Positions 46,836 through 57,036 of a DNA stretch of 64,000 bases are shown here, piece by piece (positions within the stretch are counted from its first letter, which is position 1; each line of letters opens with the position of its first letter). Source of the stretch: Minisyncoccota bacterium. GTDB taxonomy: Bacteria > Patescibacteriota > Minisyncoccia > Phycocordibacterales > UBA9973. The stretch lies in contig JAGOQI010000001.1 in the NCBI GenBank assembly GCA_017991515.1, positions 41,641-105,640 of the forward strand, in the 5' to 3' direction. The translations under genes were made by a program, and so were the position numbers. Below the pieces are notes generated by a model. That model was not told the origin of the DNA. It was given only the letters and a program-made list of their open reading frames with translations, and did no database searches.

Positions 46836-47516
46836 TTAATTTTGAGAAATAACACAAACGAACTCTCCTTTGCATTTACCTGGATTATTTTGATAATAAT
46901 CAAGATGATCTTTTGCAAATCCCCATCGATATTCTTCAAACATTTTTGTCATTTCTCTCCCAATAAACATTTCCCTGTTTGGAATATTTTTGTCTAATTC
47001 TTCTAAGGTCTTTAGTATGCGATGTGGAGATTCATAAAAAGCCACCACATGTTCTAGTTCGCTTATTCGCGCAAATAAAGTCTGACGACCTTTTTTGTGT
47101 GGGATAAAACCTAGAAATTCAAAATGACTTGTAGGATAACCACAAACAGATAAAGCAGAGATAACAGCTGAGGGACCTGGTACCGGTACAATAGACGCTT
47201 CTGGAAAAGCCTTGCGAAATTTGGAGATAAAAAAGCTTCCTGGATCAGAAATAGCTGGTGTTCCGGCATCGGTAACTAAGACTATAAACTCATGGCTCTG
47301 ACAGCGTTCCAGAGCCTTTTTAAGGTCATTTTCACTACTAAATGCATGAGAAGATACAAACTCCCTATCACCCTCTATACCGAGCAATTTGAAGAGTTGT
47401 CCACTAGTGCGAGTATCCTCTGCTACCACCAAAGTCGCCTGTTCCAAGACCTCTTTTGCCCGAACAGAAATGTCCTTCAAATTCCCTATTGGAGTTGCGA
47501 CGATTGAAAGAATCAT
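46836..47516 (-). CDS. rsmI: 16S rRNA (cytidine1402-2'-O)-methyltransferase RsmI
   Basis: …IVATPIGNLKDISVRAKEVLEQATLVVAEDTR… tetrapyrrole-methylase fold; start moved to the in-frame ATG at 47516 because the ORF-track start 47531 would overlap the tRNA. Confidence 0.75.
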   Translation of the reverse strand: MILSIVATPIGNLKDISVRAKEVLEQATLVVAEDTRTSGQLFKLLGIEGDREFVSSHAFSSENDLKKALERCQSHEFIVLVTDAGTPAISDPGSFFISKFRKAFPEASIVPVPGPSAVISALSVCGYPTSHFEFLGFIPHKKGRQTLFARISELEHVVAFYESPHRILKTLEELDKNIPNREMFIGREMTKMFEEYRWGFAKDHLDYYQNNPGKCKGEFVCVISQN

Positions 47517-47520
47517 GATG

Positions 47521-47592
47521 TGCGTGTACATGGAATCGGACCATGGACCTCCGTCTTATCAGGACGGCGTTCTACCACTGAACTATACACGC
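47521..47592 (-). tRNA. tRNA-Ile (anticodon GAU)
   Basis: Minus-strand read GCGTGTA-TA-GTTC-AGTGGTA-GAAC-G-CCGTC-CTGATAA-GACGG-AGGTC-CATGG-TCCGATT-CCATG-TACACGC-A folds as a cloverleaf (7-bp acceptor, 4-bp D, 5-bp anticodon and T stems); anticodon GAT; CCA not encoded. Confidence 0.8.
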
Positions 47593-47653
47593 GTGGGATT
47601 ATTATACTTAATTTCCTTATTTTTTCAACCTTTAACTACTTATTTCTTAAGCG

Positions 47654-47729
47654 AGGGAGCACTTTATAATCTGTGCAGTGAGGACTCTGCGTAGGCATCC
47701 GCAACAAGCAGGTTATAAAGTGCTCCCGA
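47654..47729 (-). other. Long imperfect hairpin (about 15-bp stem GGGAGCACTTTATAA/TTATAAAGTGCTCCC enclosing a roughly 46-nt GC-richer loop) between prfA stop and tRNA-Ile
   Basis: Inverted repeat read directly; function unknown (terminator, processing site or small structured RNA). Confidence 0.3.
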
Positions 47730-47733
47730 GCGA

Positions 47734-48675
47734 CTACTCTTCATCTTCCACTTCCCCAAACTCCCCGCCCTGAAGCGCATCAACAATCTTATCTATTTTG
47801 CCGAGCATTATGCCTTCAATATTTGAAAAGTTTTGTTTAATACGATGATCAGTAACCCTGTCTTGAGGGAAGTTATAAGTACGAATTTTTTCACTTCGGT
47901 CTGCTGTACCTATCTGTGCCTTTCTATCTCCTGAATATTTTTGTGCTTCTTCTGCTTCTTTAAGTTGTTGAAGTTTGGCTGTTAATATTTGCAAAGCTTT
48001 TTCTCTATTGGCCAGCTGACTTCTCTCACTGGTACTTCTCACATCTATACCTGTAGGCTTGTGAATAAGCCTTACTGCTGTTTCAACCTTGTTTACATTT
48101 TGCCCTCCTGCTCCACCACTTCTAGAATATTCCATGTCTAAATCAACAGGATTTATTTCAAATGTTACTTTTTTACGAATTGGTAAAATAGCAACAGAAG
48201 CAGTCGATGTATGTATTCGTCCATTTTTTTCTGTTGCGGGTATTCTTTGAACTCTATGAACACCAGTTTCAAATCTTAGTATTTTGTAAACATCTTTACC
48301 TTTTATTTCCAAAGTGTATGGATCTAATTGTTTAGAGTTCCAACCCTTAGTACTAGAGAACCTCTCGTACATAGCTACAAGTTCAACAGCAAATATTGCT
48401 GCCTCGTCCCCTCCTGCCCCAGCTCTTACTTCCAAAATAATTTCATTTGGAAATTCTTCTTCCTCTTGTTCACTTTTAGCCATAGCTTCAAACTGTTCTT
48501 CTAGAGCTTTCTTTTGTACTAAAATAGTAGCTTTTTCTTCTTCCACCATAGAGGCCAAAGAGTTGTCACTTTCAAGAAGTATATCGAGTTCTTTTTCTTG
48601 CGACAAAAAACCTTCATATTGAGATGCGAGGAATTGAGTTTTTGGATTCTTTTTTAACGATTCTATATCTATCAT
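47734..48675 (-). CDS. prfA: Peptide chain release factor 1 (short form)
   Basis: PAT tripeptide ([17 protein letters not shown]) identifies RF1 rather than RF2; GGQ motif [15 protein letters not shown]; 313 aa. Confidence 0.8.
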   Translation of the reverse strand: MIDIESLKKNPKTQFLASQYEGFLSQEKELDILLESDNSLASMVEEEKATILVQKKALEEQFEAMAKSEQEEEEFPNEIILEVRAGAGGDEAAIFAVELVAMYERFSSTKGWNSKQLDPYTLEIKGKDVYKILRFETGVHRVQRIPATEKNGRIHTSTASVAILPIRKKVTFEINPVDLDMEYSRSGGAGGQNVNKVETAVRLIHKPTGIDVRSTSERSQLANREKALQILTAKLQQLKEAEEAQKYSGDRKAQIGTADRSEKIRTYNFPQDRVTDHRIKQNFSNIEGIMLGKIDKIVDALQGGEFGEVEDEE

Positions 48676-48706
48676 AATACTTAGACAAATTTACCATAAA
48701 TAAAAA

Positions 48707-48737
48707 CCCTAGGGTACAAATAGACGCTAGGGTTTTT
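48707..48737 (-). terminator. Terminator hairpin (CCCTAG…CTAGGG) after rpmE on minus strand
   Basis: 6-bp stem, flanking A-run/T-run usable from either strand. Confidence 0.55.
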
Positions 48738-48739
48738 AT

Positions 48740-48997
48740 TTATTTTTTCTTTGCACTAGCAGCTCTTCGTTTGTTGAACTTATCAACTCGTCCAGCAGTA
48801 TCGATAACCTTTTCATTACCTGTAAAGAATGGGTGCGAAGCACTTGAGATTTCTACTCGAAAAAGAGGATATTCCTTGCCTTCAAATTTAGCTGTCTCTG
48901 TAGTCTGTACAGTAGAACCAATAACAAATTGCGCCTCAGACGAGTTGTCTGAGAACAATACTTCTCTAAAGTTTTTTGGATGTAGATCCTTTTTCAT
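48740..48997 (-). CDS. rpmE: 50S ribosomal protein L31 (type B, no CxxC zinc motif)
   Basis: [15 protein letters not shown]…HPFFTG…; no cysteines. Confidence 0.85.
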   Translation of the reverse strand: MKKDLHPKNFREVLFSDNSSEAQFVIGSTVQTTETAKFEGKEYPLFRVEISSASHPFFTGNEKVIDTAGRVDKFNKRRAASAKKK

Positions 48998-49053
48998 AGG
49001 GGCTTATTGTAGCACAACTAATAGTATTTTCAAGTTTTTTTTAAATAGTTATT

Positions 49054-50448
49054 TTATCTTCTAGAAATACCATATTGTACCAAATAGTCAATATCAGACT
49101 GGACAGAGCGAGCAATAGCCATAACACTATTACCATAAAAACTGTTTGCTGGCTTTTTACCATCACAAGCTCGTCCTGAATAGTATCTACAAGCAGCATT
49201 TCTTTCATTTGTCTCACTTCCTACTGCCCCTCTTTTCTTTAGGTATACAGCAGAAGCCATAATAGCGTCTTGTGCTCTCCAAGGGTTTGCGATAGAAACA
49301 CCTAAGTCTGCCGCAACCTCTCCAGCAACTTCTTCCCAAGTAGAAGGAATAAACTGAGCTGGACCCATAGCTCCACCGTAACCTCCCCCAAACGGACAAG
49401 ATACTGGTGTTATATCTGGGTCTAAACCAAGAGATGAGGTAATACGCTTGAAAGGCTCTATATCTCTAGTTGGTTTCATAATATTTACCCAACTCTTAGA
49501 TGGTGGATCTCCTGCTCTATTACAAGTTCCTACATTCTTACCTAGATTTGATTCTTGGGTCAAAATAGCCAAAATAAACGCTGTTCTAACTCCTGTTTTT
49601 CCAGAAGCAACTTCGGCATACGCATAAGCGTCAGCAAAAGGAATAGCTTTTGTACTTCCACCGGCAAAACTAAAAAGTTTATTTTTAATTTCTGTTACTT
49701 TCTTTTGTCTTTCCGCTAAAACTTTTTGATATTCACTTTCCTTACTTTGACTAATTTTGAGCAGGTCTTTCTTTTCTTGTTCAGATTTTTCTACAACTTT
49801 CTTTTGATAGTCTAGAGAGTTTTTTGCATCAAGTTCATCTTCCTTCTTTGCTAGAAGTTGCTCCTTTTGATTTTCATTTAAACTCTTTACTTGCTTGATT
49901 TTGTTTACAGACGCATACAAAGATCTCTTGATAGAAAGAAAATCATCTAAGTCTTTATAAAAGTCAGACACAGAATCAGAGCTCAAAAGTAAATAAGCTG
50001 GACCTTTTTGGTCTATTTCATTTGTTCTCTTTACTAGTTGAGTTAGGGAGTTTTTTTCTCTATCTATTTCAGACTCAAGATCTGTAATAGTCTTTGCTTT
50101 TTGGTTAATTTCTTGGCCTATTCTGTTAATAGCTATAGTTTTAGCTTGTATTTTAAGCCTTGCTGTGTTGATTTGAGAAGTAAGCAAAGATACATCTTTT
50201 TTAAGTGTTCCTGTCTGATTTTGCTGTTGTTTTAGAATAGCCTCTTTTTCTTTGATTTCTTGTTCCAAAATCTTAAGTTCTGCCTCAAGCCTTGCTCTCT
50301 CTTCTGCATCAGTAACCTGTGCAAATACAGAACTTACCTCTGGGGTAAAGTTATCGTAAGAGATACCAAATGGTGCAATTACAGAGAACATCAATATAAG
50401 AATAAAAAGTTTACGCATATAAATAAGACTTGTATTATAACAAATCAT
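49054..50448 (-). CDS. Secreted coiled-coil protein with C-terminal SLT-type lytic transglycosylase domain
   Basis: Signal/TM N-term, long heptad-repeat region, C-terminal …LAILTQESNLGKN…GGAMGPAQFIPSTW… SLT catalytic signature. Confidence 0.6.
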   Translation of the reverse strand: MICYNTSLIYMRKLFILILMFSVIAPFGISYDNFTPEVSSVFAQVTDAEERARLEAELKILEQEIKEKEAILKQQQNQTGTLKKDVSLLTSQINTARLKIQAKTIAINRIGQEINQKAKTITDLESEIDREKNSLTQLVKRTNEIDQKGPAYLLLSSDSVSDFYKDLDDFLSIKRSLYASVNKIKQVKSLNENQKEQLLAKKEDELDAKNSLDYQKKVVEKSEQEKKDLLKISQSKESEYQKVLAERQKKVTEIKNKLFSFAGGSTKAIPFADAYAYAEVASGKTGVRTAFILAILTQESNLGKNVGTCNRAGDPPSKSWVNIMKPTRDIEPFKRITSSLGLDPDITPVSCPFGGGYGGAMGPAQFIPSTWEEVAGEVAADLGVSIANPWRAQDAIMASAVYLKKRGAVGSETNERNAACRYYSGRACDGKKPANSFYGNSVMAIARSVQSDIDYLVQYGISRR

Positions 50449-50493
50449 TACATATTAGACTCTTGACCGATTAGAATTTGTGTCCAGTAATTA

Positions 50494-51126
50494 TTATTCA
50501 GCTGGCTCTGCTTCCTCTTCTTTCTTACCTTTCTTTTCTACTTCAATAGCATCAACATCTAGAACTGGAGCTTCTTCTTTTTCTTCTGCGAAGCCTGTAA
50601 CAGCTGCTACAACTTCTTCAGCATCATCTACAAGAGTTACACCCTTTGGGAGAACAACATCTTTTGCATGTATTGCATCACTAAGAGTTGCCAAACTACT
50701 AACATCAACATGTATTGAGTGAGGTAGGTCTGCAGGCAAAGCACTAACTGTTATTTCATGCATAACCTTCACAACCATACCAATACCACTCTTTTCAGCT
50801 TCAGAAATACCGCTAAATTCTAGAGGGACAGAAACTTCTGTAATCTTGTTCATATCAACAACCAAGAAATCCACATGCACAGGAGCTCCTGTTACTGGGT
50901 CTCTTTGAACATCGTGAATAAGAGTAGAGATTTTCTCACCAGCAACATCTAAAGTTATAGCAGTAGTTTCTCCTGCTTCTCGGAAGAGCTTGATAAAGTC
51001 TACAGATGGTACAGAAATAGAAGTAGCCTCCTTTTTAAATCCATAAAATACAGCTGGAACTAGTCCTTCTGCTCTGATATCTACCATCTTCTCCCCTGCT
51101 CTTTTGTTGGCTTTTAGTATTAACAT
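50494..51126 (-). CDS. rplY: 50S ribosomal protein L25 / general stress protein Ctc
   Basis: N-terminal L25 beta-barrel …RAEGLVPAVFYG… and acidic C-terminal extension typical of Ctc form. Confidence 0.8.
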   Translation of the reverse strand: MLILKANKRAGEKMVDIRAEGLVPAVFYGFKKEATSISVPSVDFIKLFREAGETTAITLDVAGEKISTLIHDVQRDPVTGAPVHVDFLVVDMNKITEVSVPLEFSGISEAEKSGIGMVVKVMHEITVSALPADLPHSIHVDVSSLATLSDAIHAKDVVLPKGVTLVDDAEEVVAAVTGFAEEKEEAPVLDVDAIEVEKKGKKEEEAEPAE

Positions 51127-51183
51127 AGGGCTTCATTATACGGCAAAAGTCTAAAAATGCAACTAGAATTACCAATAAATTTA

Positions 51184-51975
51184 CTACTGCATTGAAGTGT
51201 CTTCGGGATAAATATTTATCGGTATAATCTTATTAATCCCTTGGTAACTAACAGACAAAGTTGTTTCTCCTTCTTTTTTACCCCTAATAGTTAAAGATGT
51301 TCCATTTTTGCGTGTTATTTCTGCATAAGAACTGTCTGAAATTTTAAAATTAAAATCAGATGTATTTACATCTTTTTTTGTTCCATCAGAATAAACTACC
51401 TTAAAAGAAAGAGTGCTTCCTAATTCTAAATTTCTCGTATTAGTCATAATAAAGACGCTTTCTGGATAATACTCAATATCTTTTACAGAAATATTATTTG
51501 AGGCAACTAAGATTAACTTTCCTTGAGCTTTCTCTTCTTTTACGCCAGGAGAATAGATTAATTCCTGTAGTCCTATTTTTATTTCACCTATTTGGTCGGA
51601 TAAATTGCAAGTAAAAGAATGTTCACCTATTCCCTCTTCTTCATTTATCATATGAGTGCAAGACTCTGAGGGACCTATAATAATCGTTCCAAATTTTACT
51701 TGTTGAGATAGTTTATATTTAACCTCTATACTACTCCCAGATGTAAATTTTTGATTGTCTATAGGCGAAATTAGCGTAATTGATCCTGCTTTTAGTAGAG
51801 TACCTTTTTGTTCAGTCAAAGAGTCCTTACTAGTATTAACTTCTTTCGATATATCTTCTTTGTTTATATCATCAACTTTTATAATTTCCTCTGTCTTTAT
51901 CTCATTATTTTTAAGGAAATAATAACCTCCTCCTAAAATAACGACTAAACATAATCCTGCTATTACTTTTTTCAT
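51184..51975 (-). CDS. Secreted protein with C-terminal bacterial Ig-like (Big_2-like) region
   Basis: N-terminal TM/signal; C-terminal …SSYAEITRKNGTSLTIRGKKEGETTLSVSYQG… resembles Big_2 pattern. Confidence 0.4.
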   Translation of the reverse strand: MKKVIAGLCLVVILGGGYYFLKNNEIKTEEIIKVDDINKEDISKEVNTSKDSLTEQKGTLLKAGSITLISPIDNQKFTSGSSIEVKYKLSQQVKFGTIIIGPSESCTHMINEEEGIGEHSFTCNLSDQIGEIKIGLQELIYSPGVKEEKAQGKLILVASNNISVKDIEYYPESVFIMTNTRNLELGSTLSFKVVYSDGTKKDVNTSDFNFKISDSSYAEITRKNGTSLTIRGKKEGETTLSVSYQGINKIIPINIYPEDTSMQ

Positions 51976-52001
51976 TTTATAATTATATCAGTTTTGTTAA
52001 T

Positions 52002-53663
52002 TTACGAAGCGTGATGATCATTATGATCCTTAATCACATGGTCTTGAATGTATTTGAACGAACCGCCAACTTTTTTACCAGGATTGAATATGTTTTGTGG
52101 ATCAAAAATATCTTTGGTCTTTTGGAAAATATCCAGTATTTCTGGAGAGAACATATACGAAAGATATGGTGTTCTGATGATGCCATCATTGTGCTCAGCT
52201 GTAATAGAACCACCAAACTCTCGAACCAAAGAATAAACCTTCTCTGATAAATCTAAAATAATATCTGAAGAAAACGGATTGTTAAGGTCCATAAGAGGAA
52301 TTATGTGGAAGTTTCCATTTCCAGCGTGTCCAGCGATAGTGTAGTCAAGTTTATAGTGAGAAAGTATTTCTTGAAGACGAGGCAGGAACACCGGCATATC
52401 GTGAGGATTTACTATTATGTCATCTATAAATGGTGCAGTTCTTTTGCCTTTTGCATGATTGCGAAGTAAGGCAAAGCTCTCACGACGAATAGTCCAATAC
52501 TTTTCTATCTCACCTTTTGTTTTTGCTATTTTTGTTTGGAAGTTGTATTTACCTACTGCTTCTTTTATTGTTTCCGCTTTTTTTATTAACTCATCTTCAT
52601 CATCCCCTGTCACTTCTATCATTAAAATAAGTTTTGGTACTCCACCTCGAAGAATCAAAAGCATATCAGGTATAAACTGTAGTCCAAGTTTGATAGCCCC
52701 CCAGAATCCAAGCCTTTTGAAAAAGTCTTTCATAAACCGTATAGCGAGTTTCATACTGTAGTCATCAAAAGACTCAAAACTCTCTGGTTCATAATCCATA
52801 ACAGTATCGACGACTTCTCCAAGCCTATCGATTTTGTTCATATATATAACTACCATTTTTGAATATTTTGGTACTGGTACAAGTCCGAGTTCTGCTTCAA
52901 TTGTGATACCGAGAGTCCCTTGAGCTCCAACAAGCAATTTATTTAAATCAAAAATTTGTGTTTCTCTGTCCCAAACATTCCAAAGATAATACCCAGCAGA
53001 GTTTTTTGAAACTTTTGGTTTAGCTTTTTGAATAACATCATAATTATTTTCTATAAGTTCAAAAAGTTTTTTGTAAACACTACCTTCAAAATCATTTTGT
53101 GCCATTTTTTGATCAAGTTGTGACTTGGTCAAAGGTTTTATTTCATAAATATTTCCATCAGAGAAAACCATTTTTTGTCTTTGAAGATATCTTTCTACCT
53201 TGCCGTACTTAATAGTCTTTTCTCCACCTGAGTTGTTACTAACCATTCCACCAATAGCACAAATAGTTTTTGAAGCAGTATAGGCTGGCATTACTCTATC
53301 TATCTTCAAAGTTTCTTTTTCAAAATCACGATAAAAGACACCGGGCTCTGCAATACCCTTATTTTCATCTATAGAAATAATATTATTCAGATAACGAGTC
53401 ATATCCAAAATAATAGAATCATTTAATGGTCCTCCTGACATATCTGTCCCTGCGCTCCTTGCAGTGATAGATAAAGTAGAGTCACTTGGCTTCTGTCCGC
53501 TAATATATTTCACCAAAGCTTTTACATCGTTTGCGTCCTTCGGAAAAACTACCACTTCAGGCATCACTTCAAATAATGATGCATCATGAGAATAACTTTC
53601 AAGAATATCTTTTTCTACTTCAACATCTCCTTTAAAATTCTCTTTTAGTTTTTCTATGTTCAT
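52002..53663 (-). CDS. FAD-linked oxidase (GlcD/D-lactate dehydrogenase-like, PCMH-type FAD-binding)
   Basis: FAD-binding region …ICAIGGMVSNNSGGEKTIKYG… and C-terminal oxidase domain. Confidence 0.55.
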   Translation of the reverse strand: MNIEKLKENFKGDVEVEKDILESYSHDASLFEVMPEVVVFPKDANDVKALVKYISGQKPSDSTLSITARSAGTDMSGGPLNDSIILDMTRYLNNIISIDENKGIAEPGVFYRDFEKETLKIDRVMPAYTASKTICAIGGMVSNNSGGEKTIKYGKVERYLQRQKMVFSDGNIYEIKPLTKSQLDQKMAQNDFEGSVYKKLFELIENNYDVIQKAKPKVSKNSAGYYLWNVWDRETQIFDLNKLLVGAQGTLGITIEAELGLVPVPKYSKMVVIYMNKIDRLGEVVDTVMDYEPESFESFDDYSMKLAIRFMKDFFKRLGFWGAIKLGLQFIPDMLLILRGGVPKLILMIEVTGDDEDELIKKAETIKEAVGKYNFQTKIAKTKGEIEKYWTIRRESFALLRNHAKGKRTAPFIDDIIVNPHDMPVFLPRLQEILSHYKLDYTIAGHAGNGNFHIIPLMDLNNPFSSDIILDLSEKVYSLVREFGGSITAEHNDGIIRTPYLSYMFSPEILDIFQKTKDIFDPQNIFNPGKKVGGSFKYIQDHVIKDHNDHHAS

Positions 53664-53665
53664 AG

Positions 53666-54541
53666 CTATATATTATTAAAAACTTTTAGTTTTTGTAAAA
53701 CTACTTGTTTGATAGCATCTTTAGCCATAGGTAAATATTTGTATGGTGCTATTTCGTCTTTGTTTTCAACTGTCATGCTTTCTATTAAAGCATCTTTATA
53801 GGCGACACGAATCTCTGTGTTGATATGAACTATGGCGACCCCTGCTTCTATGCACGCTCTCACATCTTCATCTGTATTTCCTGAAGCGCCATGGAGAACC
53901 ATGGAAACTTTTGTCTTTTCATATATCTGCGCCACTCTATCTGGGTGAAGTGCTGGTTCCCCACTTTTAACCATACCGTGAATGTTTCCTACTGACGGAG
54001 CAAGCAAATCAATACCAGTATTATCTATAAAATATTTTGCGTCTTCTGGTTTTGTCATAGTCTCTTCGCCTGCACCTTCTGGAACATCATCGAGCATTTT
54101 TGAGGAGCTACCGATAAAACCAAGTTCTGCTTCTATCAAAACATCTTTACCGAGCTCTTTAGAAATTTTGCGTGCATAGTCCACACACTGTTTTGTTATT
54201 TTTATATTTTCTTCAAGTGGAAGTTTTACCAAATCAATAATAGCCATATCAAAACCTGCATCTATTGATTTCTTTACTGATTCAAAAGAGTAGTGATGAT
54301 CAGCGTTTAAGAAAACTGGCACTTTAGCTGTTTGTTTTAGGACACTGACAATGCCTGCTAAAACTTCAGTGCCTATGTACCCCTCCTCTCCTTCTGTTGC
54401 TCCGAGTATAATAGGAACATTTAACTCCTCTGCAGCTTCGACTATGGCATGTATTGCATCTAGATTTGAAACATTGAAATGCCCAATAGCTCTTTTCTCT
54501 TTTCTAGCTTCTTCGATATAACTTCGCAGAGTTTTTTGCAT
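53666..54541 (-). CDS. fba: Class II fructose-1,6-bisphosphate aldolase
   Basis: …GHFNVSNLDAIHAIVEAAEELNVPIILG… and metal-binding His residues in class II order. Confidence 0.8.
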   Translation of the reverse strand: MQKTLRSYIEEARKEKRAIGHFNVSNLDAIHAIVEAAEELNVPIILGATEGEEGYIGTEVLAGIVSVLKQTAKVPVFLNADHHYSFESVKKSIDAGFDMAIIDLVKLPLEENIKITKQCVDYARKISKELGKDVLIEAELGFIGSSSKMLDDVPEGAGEETMTKPEDAKYFIDNTGIDLLAPSVGNIHGMVKSGEPALHPDRVAQIYEKTKVSMVLHGASGNTDEDVRACIEAGVAIVHINTEIRVAYKDALIESMTVENKDEIAPYKYLPMAKDAIKQVVLQKLKVFNNI

Positions 54542-54590
54542 ATAATAATTGTATCACAAAGTAAAAAACCTATTATGTTATAATTATCTT

Positions 54591-55586
54591 ATGCAAAATG
54601 AACAAATAGACTTTTTAGCTATCGGTGACATTGTGACCGATGCTTTTATAAAAATTAAAGACGCTAGAGTAAGTTGTGATGTAGACGACCACAATTGTAG
54701 AATATCTCTTAGTTTCGGCGACAAAGTTCCTTATGAATCAGTAGAAGAAGTACGAGCTGTTGGTAACAGTTCTAATGCGGCTATTTCTGCCGCTCGCTTA
54801 GGGGTAAAAACTGCTTTGATGGCCAATGTTGGTAAAGATATTCATGGGGACAACTGTTTATCTGAATTACAGAAAAATAATGTCAGTACACAATACATGG
54901 GTGTTCACGATGGTATCCCGACCAACTACCACTATGTGCTTTGGTATGATGTAGATCGAACTATTTTGGTAAAACATGCACACTTCCCTACTTCATTCCC
55001 AAAAGACATGACTCCTCCAAAAATGATTTATCTTTCTTCTTTGGGAGAAGGTACAGAAGAATATCATGCACAAATATCTGACTATGTTTCTAAAAATCCA
55101 GAAATAAAATTAGTTTTTCAACCTGGAACATTTCAAATGAAAATGGGTGTAGAAAAATTAAAGGATATTTATGCTAATACAGATATATTTTTCTGTAATG
55201 TTGAAGAAGCACAAAGAATTTTGGGTAATAAAGAAACTGATATCAAAGTACTAGTTTCTTCTTTGCATGCTTTAGGTCCGAAAACTGTTTTTATAACAGA
55301 CGGCATAAAAGGAGCTTATGCTTCAGACGGAAAAGAAGTTTGGTTCATGCCTATCTATCCTCAAACGCCATTTGAAAGAACTGGTGCAGGAGATGCATTT
55401 TCATCAACAGTTTCTGCGGCATTACTTATGGGTAAGACTTTGAGCGAAGCATTATCTTGGGGTCCTATAAACTCTATGTCAGTAGTTCAATATGTTGGAG
55501 CACAAAAAGGTTTACTTACAAAAGAAAAACTTGAAGAGTATCTAAAAAATGCTCCTTCACAATACGCTCCACAACTACTTTCTTAA
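54591..55586 (+). CDS. PfkB-family carbohydrate kinase
   Basis: N-terminal GG-like region and C-terminal TGAGDAFSST anion-hole motif; ORF-track start 54549 trimmed to the in-frame ATG at 54591. Confidence 0.6.
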   Translation: MQNEQIDFLAIGDIVTDAFIKIKDARVSCDVDDHNCRISLSFGDKVPYESVEEVRAVGNSSNAAISAARLGVKTALMANVGKDIHGDNCLSELQKNNVSTQYMGVHDGIPTNYHYVLWYDVDRTILVKHAHFPTSFPKDMTPPKMIYLSSLGEGTEEYHAQISDYVSKNPEIKLVFQPGTFQMKMGVEKLKDIYANTDIFFCNVEEAQRILGNKETDIKVLVSSLHALGPKTVFITDGIKGAYASDGKEVWFMPIYPQTPFERTGAGDAFSSTVSAALLMGKTLSEALSWGPINSMSVVQYVGAQKGLLTKEKLEEYLKNAPSQYAPQLLS

Positions 55587-55610
55587 AAGTTTTAGCTATA
55601 AAAATTAAAA

Positions 55611-55638
55611 ATCCTCACACTATCGTGAGGATTTTTCA
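55611..55638. terminator. Bidirectional terminator (AATCCTCAC…GTGAGGATT)
   Basis: 9-bp perfect stem with flanking A/T runs between convergent genes. Confidence 0.65.
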
Positions 55639-55639
55639 A

Positions 55640-55987
55640 CTAAAGATAATATAATAATCCTGCAGATTGTGGATTATCTTTAACATCAAGATTATGAAAA
55701 CCAACTTCCTCAGATAACCCAGGAGAAAAATAATCTATAGGTTTTTTATCATCATTTATTAAAAAGAAAAAACTATCAAGTTGAGTATTGAACTTAGTTT
55801 GAATTTTAAGATCATTTTTAATTCTAACCAAAGGAACTTCAACAAAGTTGTTTTTGATTATTAGTAGTTCTTCTTTTTCCAAACTTGATCCAAGATCTTG
55901 GTTTGTTTCAAAATCATTAAACAATTTCTTTATTATTTTATCTAATACTTCTCCTGGAAATACTGAATATTCAATTTTTAATTCCAT
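55640..55987 (-). CDS. Hypothetical protein (115 aa), last gene of tkt-containing minus-strand unit
   Basis: Intact ORF; no family recognised. Confidence 0.4.
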   Translation of the reverse strand: MELKIEYSVFPGEVLDKIIKKLFNDFETNQDLGSSLEKEELLIIKNNFVEVPLVRIKNDLKIQTKFNTQLDSFFFLINDDKKPIDYFSPGLSEEVGFHNLDVKDNPQSAGLLYYL

Positions 55988-56040
55988 AACGGTATATTTT
56001 TAATCAAAATACCACAGTATTACACAGAGAGCAATTATCT

Positions 56041-57033
56041 TTATTTCCTGTCCAATACTTTCAATACTGCACTCATGATAGCGTCTCGTCCCATGCCATA
56101 ATGCTCTATGAGTTGTAGTGGTGTGCCAGACTGACCAAATTCATCTTTTACTCCGATAAATTCTATAGGAGTAGGTGTAGACTTCGCCAAACATTCTGCC
56201 ACAGCAGATCCAAGACCTCCTGCTATTTGATGCTCTTCAACTGTCACAATAGCTTTTGTTTCTCTTGCAACTTTTATTATAAGCTCCTCGTCAAGAGGTT
56301 TGATAGTATGAATATTCACCACTATAGCTTTGATATTTTTCTTTTCTAAATCTTTCGCCACTCTCATAGCATTGGCCACAAGTCCTCCTGTAGCAATGAT
56401 GGCTACATGGGCAATACCTTCAGGTCTAAAAAATATTTGTCCCTTTCCAAGTTCAAAAGGCGTGTCTTCACTAGTGATGATAGGAGTCTTTTCTCGAGCA
56501 AGTCGCAGGTATGCAATCTTTGGATCTGCTCCTAGAGCAAGAGTTGCTTTCTTAGCCTGTATAGCATCACAAGGTGATATTACGGTCATACGAGGCAATA
56601 CCCGCATCAAGGCAATATCTTCTACAGCTTGGTGAGTTCCCCCGTCTGGTCCGACAGATATACCAGCGTGGGAACCTACAACTACAGCCGGTCTATCGTT
56701 ATAACAAATAGTAGTTCTTATCTGTTCCCAATTTCTCCCGGGAGAGAACATGGCATAAGAAGAAAAGAATGGATACTTGCCCATCGCACTCATACCAGAG
56801 GCAACAGTTGCTAAGTTTTGCTCTGCTACACCTATCTCTACAAACCTCTCTGGAAATTTATTTTTGAAAAAATGCATTTGTGTAGACTCTGTTAGGTCAG
56901 CAGACAAAGCCACAATGTTTTTGTTTGTTTCCCCTGCCTGCGCCAAGCCTTCACCAAAGCCTTTACGAATAGGTACTTGTTCTACATCGTCATTAAAAAC
57001 TTTATTATTTAATTTTAAATCAGGATTTAACAT
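56041..57033 (-). CDS. Transketolase, C-terminal subunit (pyrimidine-binding and C-terminal domains)
   Basis: Split-tkt organisation; …GEGLAQAGETNKNIVALSADLTESTQ… and C-terminal domain. Confidence 0.8.
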   Translation of the reverse strand: MLNPDLKLNNKVFNDDVEQVPIRKGFGEGLAQAGETNKNIVALSADLTESTQMHFFKNKFPERFVEIGVAEQNLATVASGMSAMGKYPFFSSYAMFSPGRNWEQIRTTICYNDRPAVVVGSHAGISVGPDGGTHQAVEDIALMRVLPRMTVISPCDAIQAKKATLALGADPKIAYLRLAREKTPIITSEDTPFELGKGQIFFRPEGIAHVAIIATGGLVANAMRVAKDLEKKNIKAIVVNIHTIKPLDEELIIKVARETKAIVTVEEHQIAGGLGSAVAECLAKSTPTPIEFIGVKDEFGQSGTPLQLIEHYGMGRDAIMSAVLKVLDRK

Positions 57034-57036
57034 ATT

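Noticed and set aside
47734-48675. Possible prfB with programmed +1 frameshift
   Set aside because: The tripeptide is PAT (RF1), not SPF (RF2), and the ORF is uninterrupted, so no frameshift site is expected
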